Assembly (NCBI GenBank): GCA_964577675.1
Contig: CAZNZQ010000003.1
Span: 3,330-67,329 of the forward strand
Source of the DNA: an uncultured Candidatus Saccharibacteria bacterium
GTDB lineage: Bacteria; Patescibacteriota; Minisyncoccia; Phycocordibacterales; UBA5272
Direction of reading: 5' to 3'
DNA length: 64,000 nt
The notes under the pieces were generated by a model. It was not told where the DNA came from, searched no databases, and worked only from the letters and a program-made list of their open reading frames with translations. Positions 18,660 through 27,645 of this stretch are shown piece after piece (positions within the stretch are counted from its first letter, which is position 1; the number at the start of each line of letters is the position of its first letter). The translations under genes and the position numbers were made by a program.

Positions 18660-19600
18660 TGAGATAAAAAGTTACGCACTTTATTTTTTATATCATTACA
18701 ATATAAAAGCAGACCAGGGTATGTTGACGCTCTTGGTGCGCGTCCTGTTTTTTTAAGGAAAAGTTGTCTAAGTTCTTCCAGGTACCAAATGTCGAGTGGT
18801 TCAAAGTATAGGATGCCTTTTTCCTCGAACAGATTAACAATCCTTTGCAGAGGCAAAGAAAAGTCAGCTTCTTTTTGGATGAGCACTTTATTTTCTTCTA
18901 TGAAAGAATCTGTTACCCGTACCGCATTCTTACTAGAAAGATCTTTTGTGAAATCGTAAATCATGTTAATTCTTCTAGGGCTTTTGACCCCCTCTAGTAG
19001 TTCGTTACATCTGTACCATGCCTGTTTGTATTGGTTTCTTTTAAGAGGGATATTTTGGAAGTGATAAACACAACCTTTTTCAAAATCTATTTTTTTTGCA
19101 GAGTCATTGTTTCCTGGCGTTCTCTCTTCTGATAGTGCTCTATCAATAAAACTGACCTTTTTGTCATCACAGAATGCGAAGTCTTTGTAGTTATCCTCGT
19201 ATTCCTTAGAGTAGACAAAATCTTCTAGAGAGCGGTTAATAAGAATCCAGGGGAGTAATAGCTTTTGTCCTGCCGAAAGTTGGAGCAACTCCCCCCTTAT
19301 ATTTTTAGTTAGACCATCCGATATAACTTCGTCTGCGTCTAAGCATACAAAATGTGTCCCACCGGATGCTCTTCCAGCCTCAAGCAGTTTGGTCCTTCTT
19401 TTAGACATATTGACATGCGGGTCATTATCTTTATAGGGGATGACTTTTACCTTTGGGTATGCGGACGCTACTGCCACCGAGTCATCTTCAGATGCATCAT
19501 CGAGTAGTAGTATCTCATCAGAAAATAAAGAGAAATTCTTTAAAGAAAAATCGAGAATCCAAGATTCGTTTTTTACTGGAACAAGAGTGATTACTTTCAT
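18656..19600 (-). CDS. glycosyltransferase family 2
   Basis: VPVKNE, LDDASED, LDADE. Confidence 0.85.
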   Translation of the reverse strand: MKVITLVPVKNESWILDFSLKNFSLFSDEILLLDDASEDDSVAVASAYPKVKVIPYKDNDPHVNMSKRRTKLLEAGRASGGTHFVCLDADEVISDGLTKNIRGELLQLSAGQKLLLPWILINRSLEDFVYSKEYEDNYKDFAFCDDKKVSFIDRALSEERTPGNNDSAKKIDFEKGCVYHFQNIPLKRNQYKQAWYRCNELLEGVKSPRRINMIYDFTKDLSSKNAVRVTDSFIEENKVLIQKEADFSLPLQRIVNLFEEKGILYFEPLDIWYLEELRQLFLKKTGRAPRASTYPGLLLYCNDIKNKVRNFLSQ

Positions 19601-20556
19601 AGCTTCTTTATGCTAGGGAATATTCTTAATGTAAGGCTCATTATTTTTTTACCAAAGATAATGGTGAGAAGGGAGTAACTACCAATTAGGTTAATGGCAT
19701 AGAAAGAAATAAGTTTTTTCTTAAGACATCTCCTTAAAAAGTTTAAAAATGAATGCTCCCCCGGGAGATTGATAAACCCAAGCAGTAGCCCGTTTGTAAT
19801 TAACTTCCTTGATGTAAAAGCCGTAGGGAGGTGCTCCTTATAGAAAAGAAAATAGTTAATCAGGTGAAAGTCTTTTGCATTAGTTGACCTGGTGTCCTTC
19901 TCATCTAGCGAGTGGTCGGTTATATAGATGGCGCCTTCTTCTATAAACGCCGCCCTGGAAGAAGAGTTAATGAGAATATTATTGAGGTATATCTTGTCAC
20001 AGAGCGTATAGTAGTTTTCAAGGTCGAATTCACCAGATAGTGTACTTCTCCTGTAGACAATAGAACCGAACATAAAAGGCACACGCGATAAAGACGCCTG
20101 CATAAAATCTACTGCTGTGTATATTTGTGGTGATTTTGAAGAAATCTTCGATAGAACAAACCCCTGCTCACGCCTCGTCCAGATTGGGGCTGCGACAACA
20201 AAGGCAACATCATCTCGACTATCTAGAACCTTTACCGCTTCTTCAAGATAGTTAGACACCAGGAAGTCATCTTCGTGATGAGAGAGAATATATTGAGAGT
20301 TGCAAGGGAAGTTGATACTAAATTCGAGGTTCTTCATTGCGCCAAAGTTTTTCTCATTTGTATGGACTCTGATAGCGAGTCTGTCCCTGAATTCGTTAGC
20401 AATACTTTCTACGTCTATCTGAGAATTATCATCAATGATTATCACCTCAAAGTCCTTGAATGTTTGGTGAGTTAAAGCGGTGAGAGCTCTTCGTAGCTCC
20501 TTAGGTTGTCTGTATGAAGGGATGGTAACCGTAAGCTTTTTGTCCATAGACTGCAT
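19597..20556 (-). CDS. glycosyltransferase family 2
   Basis: VTIPSY, IIIDDNS, HEDD. Confidence 0.88.
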   Translation of the reverse strand: MQSMDKKLTVTIPSYRQPKELRRALTALTHQTFKDFEVIIIDDNSQIDVESIANEFRDRLAIRVHTNEKNFGAMKNLEFSINFPCNSQYILSHHEDDFLVSNYLEEAVKVLDSRDDVAFVVAAPIWTRREQGFVLSKISSKSPQIYTAVDFMQASLSRVPFMFGSIVYRRSTLSGEFDLENYYTLCDKIYLNNILINSSSRAAFIEEGAIYITDHSLDEKDTRSTNAKDFHLINYFLFYKEHLPTAFTSRKLITNGLLLGFINLPGEHSFLNFLRRCLKKKLISFYAINLIGSYSLLTIIFGKKIMSLTLRIFPSIKKL

Positions 20557-20606
20557 CTCTAAATTATAACATTTTTAAAAGGTTTTTGAGGTGTTATACT
20601 TTTTTT

Positions 20607-21194
20607 ATGAACTTCATCTCACAATTCTTCTTCAAGGTACTTATATATATCGGGCACAAGAAAGGAGATTACATATTTGAGAGAAGTAAGCGACATGTTA
20701 CTTCTTGGGGAGAAAAGACATACGGACAACCAGAGATTATTTGTTATGACGGTAGGAGTAAGTTATCTGTAGGTAAGTACGCCTCTATTGCGAGTAATGT
20801 GTCTATTCTTTTAGGTGCGAATCATAAGAGGGGGTTACTTACGACGTACCCACGTTCCCTCATCAATAAAAATATTTCTCAAGAGGAAACTAATGAGCGT
20901 GGAGATGTAACTATTGGTAGTGACGTTTGGATCGGGCACGGTGTTACGATCATCGGGCCTGCTGTAATTGGCGATGGGGCAATCATAGGTGCGTCAGCTT
21001 TAGTTCTCGGAGACGTTCCTCCATACGCAGTTGTGGGTGGTGTGCCGGCCAAGATTATAAAGTATCGCTTCGACGAAGAAAAAATACAGAAGCTGCTTTC
21101 GGTGAAGTGGTGGGATAAAAGTGAGGAGGAGATTGTGGCACTAGAGAATACGCTATATAGCGGTGACGTTGAGAGTCTGTTTAATAAAGCTTAA
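20607..21194 (+). CDS. CatB/Vat-like hexapeptide O-acetyltransferase
   Basis: IGSDVWIG, IGDGAIIGA, DVPPYAVVGGVPAKIIKYRF, KWWD. Confidence 0.9.
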   Translation: MNFISQFFFKVLIYIGHKKGDYIFERSKRHVTSWGEKTYGQPEIICYDGRSKLSVGKYASIASNVSILLGANHKRGLLTTYPRSLINKNISQEETNERGDVTIGSDVWIGHGVTIIGPAVIGDGAIIGASALVLGDVPPYAVVGGVPAKIIKYRFDEEKIQKLLSVKWWDKSEEEIVALENTLYSGDVESLFNKA

Positions 21195-21195
21195 T

Positions 21196-22188
21196 TTAAG
21201 CTAGTCTGTAACCATCTATCGTAGCTCCGATAACTGTCTTCATCCTCCTAAACATAAGCGGGAATGTTGGTGCTTGAATGAGTCCCATCATGCAGACGAT
21301 AGTAGTTCGGATTAAAACGTTAAGGAATAATGTTAGAGAGTTCTGGTAGGTGTGCTTTCTTGAGGTATAGACTGCGTTACGTACATGGTAGTAAACATCC
21401 ATATCTTTTGTGGCTGGATTAAAGATGCCGAACACATGGTTACTCTTTTTCTTGTCAGATGACGGCTTTCTAAAGACAGGTTGTGAGCATGCGAAGAACG
21501 AGTAACCCAGCTCTCCTAACTTCCATGCGTATTCTGTATCTACTCCAAACATTACCAACGATTCGTCAGGTACTGGTGCATCTTTTATAGCTTGGAAAGG
21601 AATGAGTACTCCTCCTCCAATGTATGCGCTAGTTCTAAAAACTGGCAAGTCATGTGACGGGGCGCCAAGACGTAAGAAATGTTTTACAATTGTTACAACT
21701 TTACGGATGCTGAGGATCTCAAAGAGTGTGCCATCGCGGAATTTCTTTCGGTCACTTGTGCTGTAGTATGACTGCTCTCTGTTAAAGATGTCTACGGTAT
21801 TACCTATCATTATTATCTTACCCCTCTCTTCTGGTTTAAAAAATTTGAGATTATCTAAAAAGTTATTTATCCAATTTTCTTCTGGTGTTGACTCATCGTC
21901 TAGGATTGCTACATAGTCAGATGGGTGCTTTTTACTTTCGTCAAAAGCTTTACTAAATAGTTCTGCTTGAGTCAGGCAACTCCCGTCTACTATCAGCAGC
22001 TTTTCTTTATACATCTTCGAGAAGATGGTGACGTCATAAAAGTTCTCATCTTGAGATGAGATGGCAAGGATGTATTTCTTTACTCTTTTTTCGCGGATGG
22101 TGGTGTCAATTACAGGCTTAAAGGAAGACCATTGGAAAGGTTTGAGGAATGTCACTACATTGATGCTGACCGTTGCCGTTATGTTCAT
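21196..22188 (-). CDS. GT2-like glycosyltransferase, paralog of the RfbA C-terminal domain
   Basis: ILDDES.PE, GGGVLIP, DTEYAWK, YYHVRN. Confidence 0.7.
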   Translation of the reverse strand: MNITATVSINVVTFLKPFQWSSFKPVIDTTIREKRVKKYILAISSQDENFYDVTIFSKMYKEKLLIVDGSCLTQAELFSKAFDESKKHPSDYVAILDDESTPEENWINNFLDNLKFFKPEERGKIIMIGNTVDIFNREQSYYSTSDRKKFRDGTLFEILSIRKVVTIVKHFLRLGAPSHDLPVFRTSAYIGGGVLIPFQAIKDAPVPDESLVMFGVDTEYAWKLGELGYSFFACSQPVFRKPSSDKKKSNHVFGIFNPATKDMDVYYHVRNAVYTSRKHTYQNSLTLFLNVLIRTTIVCMMGLIQAPTFPLMFRRMKTVIGATIDGYRLA

Positions 22189-22294
22189 GTGCCCATACTA
22201 TCAAATCCTCAGATTTTGGGTAGCAGAAGCCTGTTTGGCTTAAGATTGAGTTTCTGTCCATATGCTGGTAGTATCAAGGGATATATTAGGTCAT

Positions 22295-23236
22295 ATGCTA
22301 AAAGGTGAAAAAATCTTTATAACCGGGGGAGCTGGCTATCTTGGTTCTAATCTCGTTAGGCGATTTTATGATGACAACGAAATCACTATTTTTAGTCGTG
22401 ACGAAGCTAAGCACTATTATCTCAAAAAGAAATTTCCAAAGATTAAATGTGTGGTAGGGGACGTAAGAAATGGTGACCTGCTAACGAGGGCTATGAGAGG
22501 GCACACTATCGGAATATTCACAGCGTCACTAAAACAGATAGAAGCGGTAGACGAAAACATTGAAGAAGCAAACGAAGTGATTATAAAAGGTGCTTTCAAT
22601 TCTCGTCACGCAGCTATCGCGAATGGACTAAAGGCCGCCGCGTTCGTCTCTACTGATAAGAGTCGTGCGCCAACGACGCTTTATGGCGCGATGAAGTTCG
22701 TAGCAGGGGAGGCGTTCATACTAAACGCCGAAGAAGAGAAGACGAAGCTTTCATCTGTTATTTATGGAAATGTTCTTAACTCAACCGGCTCTATCATCCC
22801 CCTCATCTGGGATTCTATTAAGAGAGGGTACGCTCTTAGATTGTACGGTGAATCAATGACGAGGTTCATTATTCATATTGATGAAGCGGTTGACTGCGTC
22901 GTGTATGCTCTAGAGACCACTGGGCATAATGTTATACCTAACCTTAAAGCGCTCAAGGTAAAAGACCTCTTTGAAATTTATGAGGAAGAATTTGGCCTCA
23001 AGTGGACTAAGGGTGAACCTCGTATCTCAGAAAAGATTCATGAACAGATGATTGCCCCACAAGAGATAGATAGAGTGTTCTTTGATAAAAACAAAGACAT
23101 GTACCTAATGCACTATAAAAATATTCACCTCGATTCAGGGCTTCCTACAAGTGGGCTCACTTCAGAAGAGTGCGTTATTAATAAAGAAGAGCTGAAGCAG
23201 CTCCTTCAGAAGGATAACTACTTTAAGCCGGAGTAG
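22295..23236 (+). CDS. UDP-GlcNAc 4,6-dehydratase (FnlA/PseB/CapD family)
   Basis: ITGGAGYLG, FSRDE.K, GDVR, STDK, YGAMK, YGNVL.S.GS.IP, MTRF, EKIHE. Confidence 0.88.
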   Translation: MLKGEKIFITGGAGYLGSNLVRRFYDDNEITIFSRDEAKHYYLKKKFPKIKCVVGDVRNGDLLTRAMRGHTIGIFTASLKQIEAVDENIEEANEVIIKGAFNSRHAAIANGLKAAAFVSTDKSRAPTTLYGAMKFVAGEAFILNAEEEKTKLSSVIYGNVLNSTGSIIPLIWDSIKRGYALRLYGESMTRFIIHIDEAVDCVVYALETTGHNVIPNLKALKVKDLFEIYEEEFGLKWTKGEPRISEKIHEQMIAPQEIDRVFFDKNKDMYLMHYKNIHLDSGLPTSGLTSEECVINKEELKQLLQKDNYFKPE

Positions 23237-23246
23237 TGCAAGGCAG

Positions 23247-24020
23247 TTATTTGCCTAATACAAGTTTTACTAAGCGTACGGACATATAGAGCAAGAAGTG
23301 CACTGAAACTATTTTTTTAGAAGTGGCTTCATAGAATATTTTTGCTAGCGTCTCGTACTTTTCCTCGAAGGTTCTCTTTCTAAAGTTAAGGCCTGACTGT
23401 TCGTCATATCCGTCCGTTATGGTGCTGTTGTGATCAGAGTAAAAGATGCGAGTATTCTTCCCGAGGTGATAAAAGAAGAACCATTCTTCTGCCTGTTTTA
23501 CATGCTTAAGGAAGCGAATGTTGTATTGGGTAATAAGTCTAGTCTCTATGCAGTGTGTTGCGTCACCTTTTATTCTTTTAAGAAAAAGGTAATCCCAAAA
23601 GTATGTATACGTCTTCTCATCTATTGCGCTGGTCGTAAGAGGGGATCCGTTCTTAAGCGCGCGATTAGTCATGAGCCACTTTTCTTCGCCGTGGAGTAGA
23701 ATGAGATCGTGGAAGTTTTTGAGCGTGTCTGGGGCAAGGGTATCGTCATCATCTAAGAAAATAACCCACCTAGAGTCAGCACCCAGGCGGTCTAGCCCAA
23801 AGTTCCTGGAGAAATTGACACCTCTATTCCTGTCGTTAACAAAGTAGCGGATACGTGGGTCGTTAATCGTACCTGAGAAATCGAAGTAACTCTCATCTGT
23901 CGGCGAGTCGTTGATAATCACTAATTCCCAGTCTGTGTATGTCTGTGCTTTTACTGACGCGACCGCACGCATAAGTTGTGTGCTTCTTTTAAAGGTTGGT
24001 GTAATGATACTGAATTTCAT
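23247..24020 (-). CDS. glycosyltransferase family 2
   Basis: SIITPTF, SRNFG, FLDDDD. Confidence 0.9.
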   Translation of the reverse strand: MKFSIITPTFKRSTQLMRAVASVKAQTYTDWELVIINDSPTDESYFDFSGTINDPRIRYFVNDRNRGVNFSRNFGLDRLGADSRWVIFLDDDDTLAPDTLKNFHDLILLHGEEKWLMTNRALKNGSPLTTSAIDEKTYTYFWDYLFLKRIKGDATHCIETRLITQYNIRFLKHVKQAEEWFFFYHLGKNTRIFYSDHNSTITDGYDEQSGLNFRKRTFEEKYETLAKIFYEATSKKIVSVHFLLYMSVRLVKLVLGK

Positions 24021-24034
24021 ATGATCAAACTGAG

Positions 24035-24745
24035 CTAAACGAATCGCAAGATTTTTTTAAGTAGGTTCTTGATACGGAGGACTTCAACAACTTTTTTACC
24101 AAGGCCATACACCCCAATTTTTTTGAAAAACTTATTAAGCGGGTGCCCCCAGGAGTAATTCCAGAGGTGTACACCGTAGACATCATCGGGGAGTTTTTGC
24201 CCTGCGTACTTCTTTATACTCTTCTGGTCAAACGGGTAAAAGTAATGAGGGGGATAGACTGTGATGCCACTTTTGTTTTCCATCTGGTTAAAAATCTTGG
24301 TGAGCACTACTGGGATCGTGGCAAGCCCCCCCTCATGCTTGTCATAATACTCTCTAGCTTTTTGTATATACGGATGTTGGGGAATGGCTGCCATCATGCC
24401 AGCACTGATGATGCCTGGCTCTTCCTCACCCAAGATACAATCATTAGTTGAGAGGGGAGACAGTGACCGAAGCAGCAGCATGTCTGTGTCCAGATAGAAA
24501 CCTCCCTCTTTTTCTAGTATCTCTATACGAGCATAGTCTGCAACGAAGGCCCATTTCTTGGACTGGTGCATCTTTTTCGGAAATGGGTGAGCCGAGACGT
24601 CGTAATTTTCTTCCGTCCACTCCTTTATCACAAAGTCTGGACAGTGCACGTGCCAGCTCTCAATGCAGCGTTTTATCAGGGAGTTCTTTTCATTTTTACC
24701 GAACCAGCAATAGTGTATAACTTTAGGGATTGAGCCTTGAGACAT
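24035..24745 (-). CDS. glycosyltransferase family 32 (DXD sugar-binding, OCH1-like)
   Basis: IPKVIHYCWFG, WAFVADYAR, GGFYLDTD. Confidence 0.9.
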   Translation of the reverse strand: MSQGSIPKVIHYCWFGKNEKNSLIKRCIESWHVHCPDFVIKEWTEENYDVSAHPFPKKMHQSKKWAFVADYARIEILEKEGGFYLDTDMLLLRSLSPLSTNDCILGEEEPGIISAGMMAAIPQHPYIQKAREYYDKHEGGLATIPVVLTKIFNQMENKSGITVYPPHYFYPFDQKSIKKYAGQKLPDDVYGVHLWNYSWGHPLNKFFKKIGVYGLGKKVVEVLRIKNLLKKILRFV

Positions 24746-24880
24746 TGGGTTAGTATAACATTCACTGTCCTTCACCTCGAATTTTATTATTGGTCAATAT
24801 AGAGGTGGAGGCGAGGGCGTGCTACACTTTGTGGCAACTCTTTATTTAACCAAGAGACCTTATATTGTAGCGATTATTCT

Positions 24881-27091
24881 ATGCAAAGTTATATTAAAAA
24901 AATAGTATGGGCGTGTCTCCTTGTGGTGCCGTTTATTGCGCTCCATGTGGCAAATGGTGGGCCGTTCGACGTCGTGAGTTGGTTTACAGGAAGCTCACTT
25001 TTCTTCCCGTTCATTTCTGGTAAGAATCTCATCTTTAGAATCTTGGTTGAGATAGCTCTTGCCGGATGGGCAATACTCGCGCTTTCTGATCCCCACTATC
25101 GTATCAATATCAGAAAGTCTCCAATTATCTTGGCATACATGGCGTTCATGGCTGTACTCTTCTTTGCTAACCTTTTTGGTGTAGACACAGAAAGAAGTAT
25201 GTGGAGTAACTTTGAGCGTATGGAGGGATTCGTTGGACATATCCACCTCTTCGCGTATTTCTTCGTACTCACTGTGATGGTGAGATCGCTTGAAGAGTGG
25301 CAGCGCATGTGGAAGTTTTTCATCGCAGGCAACGTTTTAGTTCTCATCTATGGTTTCTTCCAGTTCTTGGGGGCAAAAGGTCTTATTGTCTCAAAGATCC
25401 TCCCTGGTCTTTCTCTTTGGTTCGGTGAACGCTTCCAGATTCACCAGAGTCTTAATCGTATTGATGCTACGATTGGTAACTCTGCGTACTTTGGTGTTTT
25501 CTGTCTCATGTACACGTTCATCGCTGCGATGATGTGGTCACAGTCGGCGAATCCTAAGAAGTCATGGGGTTACCCAGTCCTTATTGCCGCTAACCTTCTT
25601 GGAGTGTTTTACTCTGGAACTAGAGGCTCGATTATTGGTCTCATTATTGGAGGTCTCGTAACGCTCGGACTCCTTGCTCTCGTAGAGAAGGGTAAGATGC
25701 GAACACTCTTTATCAAAACACTTGTTGCGGTCGCGATACTCGTCTCAGCGATATTTGTTTTCAAAGAAACTTCTCTCATTAAATCATCGCCAACACTCTA
25801 CCGTTTCGCTAGTATCTCTCTTAACGATATAACAACAGCGAGCCGTTTCTCAATCTGGAAGATAAGTTACGAAGCGTGGAAGGAAAGACCCGTCTTGGGA
25901 TACGGACAGGATAACTTTAGCCACATCTTCGCACGTAAGTTCATCCCAACTGAAATGTGCAATCTCGAGCCTTGGTACGACAGATCACACAATGTGTTCT
26001 TCGACTGGTTGGTAGCGGGAGGTATCCTTGGGCTTGTCACATATCTCTCGCTCTACGGAGTAACGCTATGGTTCATGTGGCGTAAGGAGAATGACATGAC
26101 GACCCTCGAGAAAGCTATTATTACAGGGGCTCTCGCTGGGTATTTCATCCATAACGTGTTCGTGTTCGATAACCTCACTAGTTATATCCTATTCTTCGCA
26201 CTTCTCGCGTACGTAACTGTCAGGACAAAGCATGGTGTTGCTCACGGTAAGCCTGTGGTATCTGGCGACTCACTTAACTACTTGGTTGCACCTTTGATTG
26301 GTGTCGTACTTCTTGTGACTTTGTATTACGTCAACTACAGACCACTTGTCGTGAACGGTCTAGTGATTAAGGCGATGAGTATCAGTCAGTATATGCAGAC
26401 AATGCCTTTTGCTGATGCTGTAAAGATTCAGCAGGACGCATTTACTAACGCTATCGCTATGAATACTCTCGGAAGCATTGAAGCTCGCGAGCAGTTCCTT
26501 CAGATGGTCCCACGCATGGCCCAGATTAAGCTCCCAGACACCATGCCACAAGGGGATAAGCAGGCAGCCGTTCAAGCACTTAATAATCTCATCATAGCTG
26601 CACGAAAGGATGTAACTGACTCATATCCTAAGTACCAGGAAGATGTCAGAATGCTCTCGCTCTACGGACTATTCTTTAACGGTATAGGAGACGGAGTGTC
26701 TGCTGATGAGGTGCTCACTAAGGGCCATACTATCGCCCCTAATAAGCAGCTTCTCACATTCGATCTTATTCGTTCTAAGTTACTACAGCAGAAGTTCGCA
26801 GAAGGGTACGCTCTTGGAAGAGAGACATATGACCTAGACATCAAGTGTCAGAATGCTCAAAAGTGGTTCCTCATTAGTGCTGCGTACGCAGGCGCTTATA
26901 AGGAGGCGAGAGATTACTCTATCTCTAAGGGGCAGCCTGTAGTTGCGGACCCCGATATTATCTCAGGCCTTTTGGCTACTAATCAGACCACTCTTGTGAT
27001 AGAGCTCCTACAGGAAATCAAGAAGCAGAGACCAGAAGAGGCCGCATCAATTGATGCTTACATAAAGCAATTGCTTACGCCAGCTAGGTAG
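24881..27091 (+). CDS. O-antigen ligase / O-oligosaccharyltransferase family protein with helical C-terminus
   Basis: multi-TM; TIGN, SGTRG, R..IW, P.LGYG..NF, HN.FFD.LV.GG.LG. Confidence 0.85.
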   Translation: MQSYIKKIVWACLLVVPFIALHVANGGPFDVVSWFTGSSLFFPFISGKNLIFRILVEIALAGWAILALSDPHYRINIRKSPIILAYMAFMAVLFFANLFGVDTERSMWSNFERMEGFVGHIHLFAYFFVLTVMVRSLEEWQRMWKFFIAGNVLVLIYGFFQFLGAKGLIVSKILPGLSLWFGERFQIHQSLNRIDATIGNSAYFGVFCLMYTFIAAMMWSQSANPKKSWGYPVLIAANLLGVFYSGTRGSIIGLIIGGLVTLGLLALVEKGKMRTLFIKTLVAVAILVSAIFVFKETSLIKSSPTLYRFASISLNDITTASRFSIWKISYEAWKERPVLGYGQDNFSHIFARKFIPTEMCNLEPWYDRSHNVFFDWLVAGGILGLVTYLSLYGVTLWFMWRKENDMTTLEKAIITGALAGYFIHNVFVFDNLTSYILFFALLAYVTVRTKHGVAHGKPVVSGDSLNYLVAPLIGVVLLVTLYYVNYRPLVVNGLVIKAMSISQYMQTMPFADAVKIQQDAFTNAIAMNTLGSIEAREQFLQMVPRMAQIKLPDTMPQGDKQAAVQALNNLIIAARKDVTDSYPKYQEDVRMLSLYGLFFNGIGDGVSADEVLTKGHTIAPNKQLLTFDLIRSKLLQQKFAEGYALGRETYDLDIKCQNAQKWFLISAAYAGAYKEARDYSISKGQPVVADPDIISGLLATNQTTLVIELLQEIKKQRPEEAASIDAYIKQLLTPAR

Positions 27092-27099
27092 GGTATACT
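27071..27099 (+). promoter_or_regulatory. putative sigma70 promoter TTGCTT-N17-TATACT for sRNA-1
   Basis: hexamers at 27071-27076 and 27094-27099. Confidence 0.55.
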
Positions 27100-27105
27100 T
27101 TTCTT

Positions 27106-27188
27106 GTGAGTGCGCAAAAGTTTGCTCACAACAAAGATAAATAAATGCCAACGCAAATAGTCATCGAAAGATGGCTATTTACGTTTCT
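27106..27188 (+). ncRNA. putative small RNA 1 (unassigned family)
   Basis: own promoter; 5' hairpin GTGAG..CTCAC; 3' GAAA-capped hairpin AACGCAAATAGTCATC/GATGGCTATTTACGTT; complementary to loop of sRNA-2. Confidence 0.45.
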
Positions 27189-27442
27189 CGAAGAGTGAAG
27201 AACGACGAAGATGTCCGTAGACAGCGGTCGAAGGACGGCGCTTCTTGATCTACTTTGTTATTACAGAACTTTTTATCGTCAATATAGCGCTAACTACACC
27301 TCCTCAAAAAAGTTCCTATACTCCTAGCATCTTAAGATGTTTTAGGGCAAAAAGTTTTTTGTATTTGCGGGTTGAATAAAATATGTCGTCTAGTTCGACG
27401 GAAAAGCAAAGAAGAAAAGTTTTAAAATAAGAAAATAAAAGG

Positions 27443-27471
27443 TTGAATGAAATATGCGGGTATAGTACACT
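27443..27471 (+). promoter_or_regulatory. putative sigma70 promoter TTGAAT-N17-TACACT for sRNA-2
   Basis: hexamers with 17-bp spacing just upstream of long hairpin. Confidence 0.5.
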
Positions 27472-27481
27472 CACTACAGTC

Positions 27482-27568
27482 GGTTGCGCTTACCTTTGGT
27501 GGGCGACCGCACTCACATAGGCATTTATCTTTGGAGCAAGCTACTGCTCACCAAAAGTGAGCGTAACC
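27482..27568 (+). ncRNA. putative small RNA 2: long stem closing a ~41-nt loop
   Basis: GGTTGCGCTTACCTTTGGTGGGC pairs with GCTCACCAAAAGTGAGCGTAACC; G-U wobbles favour + strand; terminator follows. Confidence 0.55.
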
Positions 27569-27574
27569 TAGAGA

Positions 27575-27608
27575 TAGCAAAAAATTCCCGAAAGGGAATT
27601 TTTTGCTA
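27575..27608. terminator. bidirectional intrinsic terminator (sRNA-2 / tsaD)
   Basis: TAGCAAAAAATTCCC-GAAA-GGGAATTTTTTGCTA. Confidence 0.85.
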
Positions 27609-27645
27609 CTTACTTCTTTCTATTTCTAAAATCTACTACCTCTCC

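Noticed and set aside
20607-21194. Chloramphenicol/streptogramin resistance gene
   Set aside because: CatB/Vat-like fold, but its position within a glycan locus favours sugar O-acetylation.
27137-27247. ATAAAT-GCC-AAC resembles a tmRNA resume codon context
   Set aside because: The frame runs 33 codons without a typical ALAA-like end, and no tRNA-like acceptor or T-arm halves are visible nearby.
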